From: Dipteris shenzhenensis
Lineage: Eukaryota
Strand: one strand, 5' to 3'
Length of the DNA stretch: 64,000 nucleotides
Assembly (NCBI GenBank): GCA_047967505.1
Contig: CM106538.1
The position numbers and the translations under genes were made by a program. The notes beneath the pieces were generated by a model. The model saw only the letters and a list, made by a program, of their open reading frames with translations, was not told the origin of the DNA and made no database searches. The stretch's first letter is position 1. Each line of letters begins with the position of its first letter. Below, in pieces: positions 39,801 to 51,261 of this stretch.

Positions 39801-42040
39801 GATGTTATCTGGATGTACGCAGAGGTTTCAACGATGCTGTGAATGGTTTTGCGGACGATGGATGGACGGCAACGGCCAGTGATGGAATGGACGACGTGAC
39901 AGTCGTGGTGAAAGCGCCTGTTAACTCGAGAGAGCTGGGAGTACGTCTGCATTCAGCGAATGGAGGCACTCTTTGCGCCAAGGCGTCGATGCTGCTGCAG
40001 GTGGATATCACACGCGACATGAAAACTATGGTAGAAGCGCCCTTTCGAATGTACGCTCGGAATGACGATGGTGTGGGACTTGTACGCAGAATGTGCCGCC
40101 GGCATTGCTGGTTCGTTTCCTCCGCGAGCATCGATCCGAATGGGCAGACCATGGCTCAGAATTCACTAGAATGGGGAGCTTGGGATTCTCTGGTTTTCAT
40201 GGAGCAGCATGCAGCTCGCAGCTGCTCCACCCTCAGATCCATACCGTCGAACAGGAAGAGGTGAATTGATGAAGCCTGTGGTTGCTGATGGCGATAAAAT
40301 TGGCTTGGATTTCTGAGCGATCGCCGATCGCTTCGTTTTAATCAGCCACGATTGTTGAAGCTGATGCATTGCCAGTTGCTTTGTATCCCCGAGTGATGCA
40401 GGATGGAGCTCATCGTTTGTTTTTTATGGCAGTTCTTGGAGTTGATAAAGTTGGAGGGCCGTGGCCTGGCGCAAGAGGAGCACATGCTGGCTCCTCGCGA
40501 CCTGTTCCTGCTTCAGGTTGGAGGCTGGGGTCGCGACAAGCTGCTCTGTCTGACAAAGTTGGTTTTCCGTTTCTGATTTTCTGTTGTCCGTGGTTTTACC
40601 CAGCTTTGCAGTGGCCTGGAGGAGAACGGAGCTGGAGCTTGTGCGCAGATGGTTTTTGCTCCCATTGACGCCTCCATTTCGGATGATGTGCCGCTGGTTC
40701 CATCGGGCTTCCGCGTCATTCCCCTGGATAATGGTTCCCTTGTAAGAAATCTTACAATGATCCAGCGGTCAGAGCATAGCTGAGTTTTTTTCATCTTCTG
40801 ATTGTCCGCTACAACAGCTTCTGATTGAGGTAGGTGATGCTTTGACATGAGCAGGAAAGTGGACCATCCACCACAAGAACTCTAGATTTGGCTTCCACCC
40901 TTGAGGTCGGATCTGGAACTGGTAGATTGAACAGTGATAATAGCGCGTTGCATCTGAGATCGGTTTTGACCATCGCGTTCCAGTTCAACTACGAAAGCCG
41001 CATGCAGGAGAGCGTAGCCTCTTTGGCTCGACAATACGTACGCAATGTGGTCTCTACGGTGCAAAGAGTTGCAATGGCGCTGGCTCCCCCTCGCGTCAAT
41101 TCGAATTTGGGGCCTGCAAGACACGTTCCCGGAACATCCGAGGGTCTGGTTCTCGCGCGCTGGATATGCAGGAGCTATAAGTAAGCAATCGTTACATTGC
41201 CTAGTATTTGCGATGATAAAAGCTCATTGTTTGATGGCTTCTGCAAATAGATGTAAATCATGCAGAGGATCGGCGACGGAGGCATTTCTTTATCTCTCTT
41301 GCTGTGTTTTTTGCAGGCTGAATCTTGGGATAGACCTCGTTCGAGTGGAAAATGAGAGCAGTGAAGAATACCTCAAGTCCCTGTGGAAGCTCGGGGATGC
41401 GGTCATGTGCTGCTCATGCAAGGTGAGCAATTCGATCGTGTTTGATAGTCCAACAACAGATTGATGGTTTTCGCTATCATCTCCACGGACGATCGAAACT
41501 GAAATTTTTCATGGTGTAGTCGCTGCCGGTGTTCACCTTTGCAAATCAAGCGGGCCTAGACATGCTGGAGACATCCTCAATTGCTCTACAAGAGCTGTCC
41601 TGGGAGAAGACGCTGGATGAAGATGCGAGGAAAAGTCTGTGCACGGTGTTCAATCAAGTGATGCAGCAGGTAACACATCCCCTCTGCCTAAATTCACTTG
41701 CACAGTCATCCATCATCACAGCCTGCCTTCAAAAACATCGATCAAGCATGTCTGCCTGCCTGCCTGCCTGCCTTTCAAAATCGAACGAATTAATGGTCTG
41801 AAAATGTATTCCGAGGTTCAGAATTGATCCCAAGATTTGGGGGGGGTGTTTTGGCAGGGCTATGCGTGCCTTGCAGCGGGTGTACGTCTCTCCAGTCAGG
41901 GTCGCCCAGCGTCTTATGATCGCGCCATAGCTTGGAAGGTGCTGGACGATGACGATAACATCCATGGTGTGGCCTTCCTCTACGTCAACTGGTCCCTGGT
42001 GAACATCAAGGGCGACCTCCATCATCCCCTGCTACTCTGA
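36814..42040 (+). CDS. C3HDZ: Class III homeodomain-leucine zipper transcription factor (REV/PHB/PHV/ATHB8/CNA family), 18 coding exons, ~843 aa (860 aa from alternative ATG 36763)
   Basis: Exons: 36814-37025, 37203-37362, 37810-37910, 38023-38113, 38210-38305, 38434-38547, 38757-38840, 39044-39199, 39289-39363, 39480-39586, 39823-40000, 40090-40260, 40433-40516, 40604-40741, 40855-41180, 41317-41422, 41520-41669, 41858-42040. All introns GT-AG; frame open to TGA at 42038 (2532 nt). Motifs: GKYVRYT..CPKPSSLRRQQLIRECP..KVWFQNRRCREKQRKE (HD); KLTAMNKLLMEENDRLQKQV (LZ); KATGTAVDW..PGMKPGPDS and MYAPTTLAPARDF (START); FTFANQAGLDMLET..AWKVL..NWS (MEKHLA). Confidence 0.97.
38103..38219 (+). promoter_or_regulatory. 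miR165/166 target site split by intron 4 (38103-38113 + 38210-38219)
   Basis: Spliced sequence CTGGGATGAAG|CCTGGTCCGG is the canonical HD-ZIP III site complementary to miR166 (UCGGACCAGGCUUCAUUCCCC). Confidence 0.95.
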
Positions 42041-42857
42041 TAACCAAACACACGACAAGCCAACCAGTTTTGAGAACCCACTGTAAAATCCACACCGTCA
42101 ATAGATATCTACAATATCATATACTAAGTCCATGCTCCTCATATATGATGTGTCTATCTATCTATACACACTGCACACACTCTTGTAGACTTCATTGAAG
42201 TGAAGTGACGAAGTGTGCTGTGTGAGTTTTTCTGTTCGTTTAGGGGCCCAAGTGACCTGCCCTCATCAGATCCTGCCCTTTGTTTTTCTCGGATTTTTGT
42301 AAAAAGGTTTTTCTTCTGGTATTTTTAAGGTGTCCTTCCGCAATTTGGTTTTTGGCCTGCCCTTAGGTAGCCTTAGTGAAGGTTCAGCACTTTCAAAAGA
42401 AAAAATAATTTCTAATGTGTTTTTCTTTCAAATTCTTTGATTGGTTGGGTGTTGATTTTAGAGCATCTCTTTCAACTTTGGGTTTGCTTTTTTGGAAGTG
42501 CAGTCATTCCCTCTCTCTCCTCTTCCTCTTCCATGGTTTTGTTAAAATTTGGACTTGCATTCATTGAATATTCCATCTCTTCTCGTCCATTTCTCTCCAT
42601 CTCTTACATTGGGCAACGTGCACCTCTCTCTCTCTCTCTCTCCTCCTCCTCTCTCTCTTGGAAGGCCACATGAGTAAAATTCATCTTGTTAAAAGTTATT
42701 TGAGTGAGTCCAAAGGGCCTCCACATGAATCAAAGGTTGGTTGTGTTCGTCCCAAATTTACCAGAGGACAAGAGGCAAAGTAAGTTCATCGGCAATTTTG
42801 AACTTTCAAATATGTAAACTTAAGTATCAGGTTGCTCAGCAAATACATGCACATATA

Positions 42858-43492
42858 GTTCCAATGTTTCAAGCATGACTTAAGACTGGTTTTTCCTCTT
42901 CAGGGGGATTGGTGTACCCCTACTGAACTTTTAAGTAATTATAAAAGTAATCAGTATGATTTGAATTACACTAACATAGTTATTTCATTTATTTTAAATT
43001 AGTAATAACAACACAATCCCATTTCCATTGATACCCATATGTTACAGAAAGTTCAAAGCTTTCTGTTCCAATGTTTCAAGCACGATTTAAGATTAGTTTT
43101 TTCTCTTGGGGGGAATTGGTGTACCCCTATTGAACTTTTAAGTAATTAGTATGATTTGAATCACACCAACATAGTTATTTCAATTATTCTAAATTAGTAA
43201 TAACAACACAACCCCATTTCCATTGATACCCATATGTTATACGATTTATAAGAAAACTCAAGAAAGTTCAAAGCTTTCTGTTTCAATGTTTCAAGCACGA
43301 CTTAAGATTGGTTTTTTCTCTTCAGGGGGATTGGTGTACCCCTACTCAACTTTCAAGTAATTAGTATGATTTGAATTACACCAACACAGTTATTTCAATT
43401 ATTTTAAATTAGTAATAACAACACAATCCCATTTCCATTGATACCCATATGTTATATGTTTTATAAAAAACTCAAGAAAGTTCAAAGCTTTC
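42858..43492. repeat. Three ~210-bp tandem copies
   Basis: GTT.CAATGTTTCAAGCA.GA.TTAAGA at 42858, 43065 and 43280; shared ATTGGTGTACCCCTA and CCCATTTCCATTGATACCCATATGTTA. Confidence 0.93.
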
Positions 43493-43619
43493 TTTCACAT
43501 ATGATATATCTTTATGTCTTGATGTTCATTCTTGCAAGCTAATACAATGGCTAAGCGATAGTCTTGACTACAAAAATTTAGTACAAAGATATATTTCATC
43601 AATACAAAGTGTGTTCTTT

Positions 43620-43900
43620 GAAGTCAAGATGTGAAGTTAAGATCACATCTCAATTGGGATTTTTGAAAGGTACCTTGTGGACTTTGCCATGCTAACACTT
43701 TTGTGATGATTTCACAAAGATAGTGCATCCAATGAACTTGTTGAGAAGAAAAGGAGTTTCTTTTCAATGGGGTGTGGTGCAGCAGAAGTCTTTTTAGCAA
43801 CTTAAGGATGCCATGAGAAAGGGCTAAATATTGAAGCGCCCTGATTGGTTCCAAGACTTTTATCTAAATTGAATGGCATCTTTGCATTTAGTTCGTGCTA
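43620..43900 (+). mobile_element. Ty3/gypsy RT-RNase H connection fragment
   Basis: FTKIVHPMNLLRRKGVSFQWGVVQQKSF*QLKDAM..ILKRPDWFQDF matches the FAxIAxPLxxLLxKxxxFxW...AFxxLK...PxLxxPD pattern. Confidence 0.75.
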
Positions 43901-44729
43901 CATTGCTAGGATATCCTATTACCAGCCACTGTTTAGTCACAGTAGTTGGTAGCTTGGAGTTGCTTTAAGTGCGCAGGTTGAGGGTGCATGTGCGTCCATA
44001 ATTTGGCATATTTTTTGTAATTCTTTTTGTGTATTAGGATTTTTTTTTTGAGAGCTTGACCCAACCTGTTATAAAGTGAGACTTGCATGTTCAAAGAAAA
44101 AAAAAGAGGAGCACAAAAAACTATTACATGTGATTACAAAATGCTCACAAATGTATAGTAACACAGTATTTCACGTAGACAATACTTAGATTTGAAACTT
44201 TATTTAGCATGCTTAAAATAAAAAGAAATTTAATGAACTATCAATTTTTATAGTGTTGATAAAAAAATCATTTTGGCAAGATTGATTTAGCAATTAATAA
44301 GAGTGGTTAGCCTAGCAGGTTGCATGTAAGTCACATTTCATAAAGAAGCATTGTTATATACTATGCTAAACATAATACAATATCACTTTCCTATTCCTAT
44401 TCACTCTCCTGTTGAAAATTTATTAATTTCTTCACTCACCGCCTCTCTTGTCAATAATTAATCTATGGCCTTATCGATCAATTGATTACAAGTAATATCA
44501 TCAATTGGGCTTGAGAGATTGATGATGCATGCCTTTAGTCCCTACCTCTCACTCTTGCAGCTCCCCTCTCCCTCTCTGTCCTCTTGCCCTAGGGGTGGGC
44601 TGGTCTTTAAAGTGGTACAGAACCTTCTAGAGAAATTCTCGACCAGTGGGTGGCAAAAAATTCAAGATATCTTTGCCATCATACTTAGATTGATTGCATA
44701 TACAACTCACGCCCCCCCCCCCCCCGCCC

Positions 44730-44780
<51 letters not shown>

Positions 44781-47069
44781 TGTATGTATACATACCTATA
44801 TACATATACATACACACACACACACACACATCCGTTCGGGGACCCTTGTGTGGTTCAGACTTGTCAGCATATCGATGGACCATAAAAGTAGGAAATCATA
44901 TTGGATCATAAAAGTAGGAAATCGTAGAAAGAAAACCATGGAAAAGAGTGTGGTTAGCCTTCCATTACTTTGATTTATACAATACATGGTACATTACTTC
45001 GATAATTGGAAACCGGTGGGCCTTACCTAGGGCGCATAGTTATAACTGCGGTTTATTCTACCACATGTTAGGTAATTTATATGGATTAAAATTGTGAATG
45101 TTCCGAAGGGATCCCTCGGACCACCTCATTTATATTAAATGTGATGGACGACCTTGTACCTATAATACTTTGTACTTCAGGGTGCTGACATGATGGTGTC
45201 CTTGGGTGGTGAAGGAAGCAATGGAAGACAGGCGGACTATGCCCATCATGATGATAAGGGATGATGAATATTCCTTTATTCTCAATAGTAATAGTATTCC
45301 AACTATCGGTGAGGATAAGGGATGAGGCTAACTAAAGGATGATGATAAGGGATGAGTCTAACTATGGATCTTTTTTCTTTTGAATTCATGAATGCTTTAG
45401 ACCTTCAAAAGACCACTTCATACTTTGGTCCCTAATCTAAACACCTTGGTGTATCCTTTTAGACAAACATAGATACTCAAGCTTCAACCATGGATTAGTG
45501 TAATTATCCCTTTGTATTAAGGGAAATAGTAATGACCTTATGGTGCAGATAACCCGTAATACTTGTACATTTTGCTAAGTTGATAGTATGAAAATAGAAC
45601 ACTATACCCACCCCTTTATGAAACACAGATAGAACATGGTACCCACCCCTTTACACAAATTGCTTTAATAAATTTAGGCCCTTATAAGCCTCTTATGGCA
45701 TTTTGAACTCTGGAAAGGACTGGACCTTGTCTCTCTTATATATCATGATATGGGACCTTAAGGGGATGTGGAATTCTAAGGATTACATGGCACTTGGCTA
45801 GCCTTTATATATTGGGTCTTTTATGGAATGGAGCATCTGCATAATGGTACCACTTGTACAAAATATCCCTATCTTGATACATGACAAGTGGAAGTCATGG
45901 ATGGTCTGGACGACAAGAGAGTGGGAATTTCGTGTACCAAGAGGGTGATGGTTATGACAAGAAGTGGAAATGGTGAAGATTATGGAAGATATCAAAGATG
46001 CACTTGACGATTGATTATTGATGCTAGTAACAAAGTAAATAAATTGACCTTTATGTGGAAGTACAAGAGTAGAAATCTAGAGTAAAGAATAGTATAATCT
46101 TACGTTTGGGGGATTGAAAGATAGTTGTCTTCAATTTGGTGCCGTTTAGACCTATTACCATTGTACTTTTATCAAAGCTAATTTAATGCTTGACTTAGGG
46201 GATTTAGTGAGCTCATGGACGTAAGTGCATTGAATTGGATAGTTGGAAAATGTAAGACCTTATAACTTTGGCCATGATAAGGCTTAAAAATATTCATGAA
46301 AATGCTTAACGATGACAAGGTTTCATATCCTACATACAAAAAAAGTGTCACTACATTCAAGTATATTCAAAGTTTTCAACACATATATCAAATTTCTTTT
46401 GGAAAATTATTTCCATGCTATTGCCGAAGTCACTTTCGAGAAGTAGAACTCCTTCCTTTGTTTTTTACTGCTTTTATGGACATTTAATTGTGAAATCCTG
46501 TTTTGATGCATGTTTCCATGTTTAGTATATTTTTAGTAAATAACTTAAATTTTTTGGGGCTTATGGATTTTAATGATGCTTCTTTTCATGTTTAATTTAT
46601 TTTTAGTGAATAACTCAAAATGTTTTTGGGGCTTCTGTAATTTATGGGTTCTTATGGTACGAAAAAGTATAATTATTTCATGATTAAATTAAGATGCCTT
46701 GTTATCTTTCCACTCCCATCTTTCAATTTATAGGTTCTTTGTTTTGTAGATGACCTCAAGTTCATTGGGTTCCAAAGAGTGACCATACATGAGAGCTCTA
46801 TATCTACGTTAAAGAATACCTTGTGATTGTGCACAGTGTAAAACTAGGACCATAGATGGGATCCCTTGTTCTAAGGCATGACCATACATGGGACCTATAT
46901 TTGCATGAAAGCATGCCTTATGATTTGTGCATGATGCAAAATTGGGAGTAGACAATGTACTATAACCATGACACATATTTGAGATTGTGGTTGCTTCTAA
47001 CTGCCACCTATGATTGCTTTAAATAAGGAGGTATGAAAGGGGTTTTCATGCTACTTTCTCCTCAATAAC

Positions 47070-48000
47070 TTTATTTGCTTAAATTTATCTGCCTTTTCAC
47101 ATCAGCTCTTGTGATCGGCATAGGAAACACTTCCAAGATCTATGCATGAGCATGCTATGAAAAATCATCCTTATGGATCCTAGTTAGCAATGCATTTTAG
47201 GCATCTTATAAAGAAGACAATCCCCCTTGCATGGAGGCAATGACGAGGAGCATGAAATGAATGAAGATAATGGTGATGTGTTCATGCAAGATTAAATACA
47301 TTCTTACTTTTCCCCTAACTTCTATGGATGCACATGAAGGAAATCCACATAAGAACAAGCCTCTTCATTTATGTCCTTCATTAACAATGCATGGCATAAA
47401 TCCATCCAGCTCATCAATCTCGATTCGAATCTACTTGGCTAGTGGAGTACAATATAAAGAAGGAAAATTTGATGATAATGCTTATTTTCCCAAGGAAGAA
47501 TAAGGTGAATAATATGGATGTGTATATCACTCCTTTGATCAATAAGCTACAAGTTTTGAGGAATAGTTTTTATAATTATCCAACAAAACCTTTAACTAAC
47601 TGGAACTTTAATGTGGACAAGGCATGATCTCGGCTTGCATGATTGCTCAAATACATATTTTAACTCATTTTTTAGTACTTTGACTCATGTCGTTTTTTGG
47701 ACTCCATGTCTCAAGATTTGTGCTTGCCCTTCGTGTGGTGATAGTTTATATATTCACCACATTGAAAAGCTAGGCTACATTTTGTATGAGAAGTATGGGA
47801 GATTTCTTTCCATGGATCACCTATACTATGTGAATCCAAGATTCCACAGTCTTAAGGAGTCCAATATTCCTCCAATTCTAAAATTTGGGGATCGTTGAGA
47901 TTTGGGATGGATCCTATCACAACACCCTCACCCCCCCATGAAGACTAAAATCCTATGGAAGCATATGATTGGTGATAGATACATTATCAAAGCCCATGAA
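47070..48000 (+). mobile_element. CACTA/En-Spm transposase (Tnp2/TnpD-like) remnant
   Basis: LTMHGINP (cf. LxxDGxNPF), KKENLMIMLIFPRKNKVNNMDVYITPLINKLQVL (cf. DVYLxPLIxEL), MWTRHD, ACPSCG; frameshifted. Confidence 0.75.
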
Positions 48001-48844
48001 GACTTTAAGGGTATGAGAATGAAGAGAAGCCTATCGCCAATAATATGGCTACAAGCCTATGGAAGCATATGATGTTGGTGATAGAAGCACTATTAGATGG
48101 AATTAGATGCTTATGGACCACACATTATGAGCCATGGAAGATATGGTAGTAATTCCTTCACTGTCTTGTAAAACTATTTTATTTCATAATTTCTATTTGA
48201 TCTATTCAAAGACCATAAATTTGAATGCAAGTTAAAGATGCAAACATACAATGAAAGTAAGTAAACATATTAATGGTCCAAACGTAAAAAAGTACATAGA
48301 CGGCCAATTACACCTATAGTCATGTGTCTCTAGCTAGCACTCATAATGGGATTTCAATCTTGCTCTCTGATCTGCTAGTGATTCTAGACCTCTAGTCCCT
48401 CATCTCCAATACTATAACCCCTACTCCCATCTTGCACTACTTGTACCATCACCACCTCTGGTGCCATGACTATCTCCACTAGTATCACTATGTGCTCCAT
48501 CATGGCTATTGTCACTTTCATACCCATCTGCCGCCACCCTCGTAATCTTCTTGTGCTTCTCATGAAGCATTTGGTATATTTGTTAATTATAGTATTCCAC
48601 CATTTATGGAAATTAAAAGTAGCATTTGTTTCTAGCCTTATGGATTCCTGGTATGAACATTTTTATGCACTCTTATATAAGTTTAAATTTATGTGATAAC
48701 ATAAATTCTAAGGATGCTAACCTTATTCATTTCTTATATTTGTTCTCTTAGGAAAATGTCAACACAATACTTAGGCTACCATGTGGGTAGCTGCTGATAC
48801 GCTGCTATCCGAGTATCCTCTTTGCCTCTCGACTTGCCCTCTGC

Positions 48845-50589
48845 GAGTCTTTATCTCATTTGTCAATTTGGTGCACCTCGTCGTATAATGTGGTGATGTT
48901 CTTCTTTATATTGTGGATGATAAAGCTTTGTTTCTTGTTAATACCACCACAACAAGCCCCATAGGGATGATGTGGTTCTCATAATATAGACTACTTTGGT
49001 GTGATCAACTATCTTAGGTCTTTTCTAGATTTTGTGCTTTAATACCAACAATTGGTGTCTAAGACGATTTTCTCAAGCCTAAGGTTTGTCAGTTAACATG
49101 GATAGCTATTCTAATACTTCCACATAGTCTAGAATATCAGAAATGTCATTCATTAGATTTGATCGGAAGAACTTTCCTTCATGGAAATTTTTTGCCAGGA
49201 TGCTCTTTATGGAGAAGGGGCTCAGGGGGTCATGTTCGGATTGGAGAAGCTAGAAAACAACCAAGGTTGAGAAAATTCAAGCTTGGGACTTGAAGAATGA
49301 GAAGGATCTGAGCCTTCTAGGTTGATCACTTAGAGTGGATGTCTTTCATCTCGTGGAAATTACAAAGATGGCTTCTCAGAATTAGAGCATGTTGGAAACA
49401 CTCTTTGGCTCCAGAGTATGCAATTCGAAGGTTATGCTAAAGCAAGTGCTTTTTTCTTTCCAAATGGGGGATGGTGACTCACTGGTGACACACTTGAATT
49501 AAATGCAGGCTTTTGTGAAACAACATTTAGGTCTGAGAGTGGGAGTAGAGGATGATGATGCCAAAGCAATTTTGCTGACAAGCCTATCACCTAATTACTA
49601 TGAGTCGGTCACCATTCTATGGGTAAAATATGAATCATTATATTTTCATGAAATTGTTGCTATGTTACTACATGAGGAAAGAAGAGTGGAGATGAATATT
49701 ACAAGAACAAGAGAACATGCATATGCAGTGAGATGAAAACAGCAAAGCAATATACCGGAAAAAGGGCTATGCCAGTGTGTGAATATTGTGGTCATGAAGG
49801 CCATGAGGAAAAGGACTACTATAAGCAAGCCTAAGATGTCAAAAAGTAAAGAAGCTAGCAGCTCAAAGGCTTGTTTGGTCGATGGAGAGCAAGGAAATTA
49901 GTATGCACCTTTCGTTCAAGAAAAACCACATGCGACTATGTGGATGAAGATTATGCTTTTTGAAGCATCACATCTGTTGAGCCATTTTCTAGGTATGGTC
50001 GCAGTAGATTTTGGTATGTGAATGATTTTAGCAGATAGTTCTTTTTGGTTTGCTTGTTAACATTGGGGGCTCTTATTGCAAAACTTGTGGGGGAGATACT
50101 CGACCCCAAGTGATGCATGTCCTATGCCAAGTGGCATTATTTCATGTAGAGGTGGTCATGGCCACTTCTTCTTCATCGCCTTAGCGTTTGATGATATGAA
50201 TTCTTGATTATTCCTCATAAGAGTTGGCTCCTTGATTTGTAGAGGGCTACCTAACCTTTGGCATCTCTTCAAGTACTAGGAGGTGAGCTAGATTAGTGAT
50301 TGGTGTTCCCTTTGGTGATTGAGGAGCTTCTTGTGGAGCAGTTTTCTCTATATATACTACATGTGTCATAGTAGTTCATGCCATCTTGTGCTAGTCGTGG
50401 GTGGCCTCTTTATCTCAGTTAGCCAATGGAATTTGATAAAAGTGAAAGTTAGTCTTTTGGTCGTGTGTGATCTTGGTATACATCATCATTTATGTAGTGA
50501 GATTCTTATTTATATTGTGGCAAATAAAGCTTTGTGTCTTTGTAACACCACAAAAAGCCTTTTCTAGACTTTGTGCTTTAATACCAACA
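48845..50589 (+). mobile_element. Degenerate gag-only (TR-GAG-like) copia-related LTR element
   Basis: LTR ends ...TTTAATACCAACA at 49050 and 50589. Degenerate PBS TGGTGTCTAAGAC at 49053; PPT GGGGGAGA at 50089-50096. Gag motifs NFPSWKF, DDDAKAILLTSLSPNY, CEYCGHEGHEEKDYY; no pol. Confidence 0.7.
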
Positions 50590-50705
50590 ATAACAAGTGG
50601 ATGTCACCTTTGAAGGGGAGCCTTTGAAAGTAGTCAACACATATATCATGGGTGTGATAAACTACCTTGGGTCTTTTCTAGATTTTGTGGTTTAATACCA
50701 ACAAT

Positions 50706-51090
50706 AAACAAGTGGATGTCATCTTTGAAGGGGATCCTTTGAAAATAGTCAACACATATAAATACCTAGGGCTAGATTTTTCAAACCACTACAAATGGAA
50801 TGCATGTGTGAAAAGGAGATTATAGGAGGTTTGAAAGCTTTGCAAAGCTTCCAAAAATAAATGCAAGAAGGCTCATTTATGGAATTCAAAAATGAGAAAG
50901 TTTTTGTACACCATGCTAGTGCAGATAGTAATCTTCCATGGATGCCCTACTTGGCCACCACTCATGCTCTCTAGGATGTATTGGGAAAGCATAGAAACTT
51001 TACACAAATCTATCTTGATAAGGGAGTTATGGGCAAAGGAACAAACACCCTACCCCATCCAATTGGCTGAAATAGGTAAGATACTCACTA
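50706..51090 (+). mobile_element. Non-LTR retrotransposon (RTE/L2-like) ORF2 fragment
   Basis: IFEGDPLKIVNTYKYLGLDFSNHYKW and LYTMLVQIVIFHGCPTW (cf. YKYLG and LxxxLVxxVLxYGxExW). Confidence 0.65.
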
Positions 51091-51209
51091 CGTAATATTT
51101 TCTCTGACTCGATGTAAGGGATCACCATTAGTTGAGAGTGGTTACCAATCCATAGGTCTTGAAGGGTCTCACAGTAGACTTTAATACAACCATATCATAT
51201 CATATCATT

Positions 51210-51261
<52 letters not shown>

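Noticed and set aside
40266-40284. Second miR166-like site (GATGAAGCCTG) at the start of intron 12
   Set aside because: Only 11 nt match, pairing to the miRNA 5' end (GTCCG) is missing, and it is intronic.
44828-45125. MITE with GGGACCCTT/AAGGGATCCC termini
   Set aside because: Inverted match is short and imperfect, and no TSD is seen.
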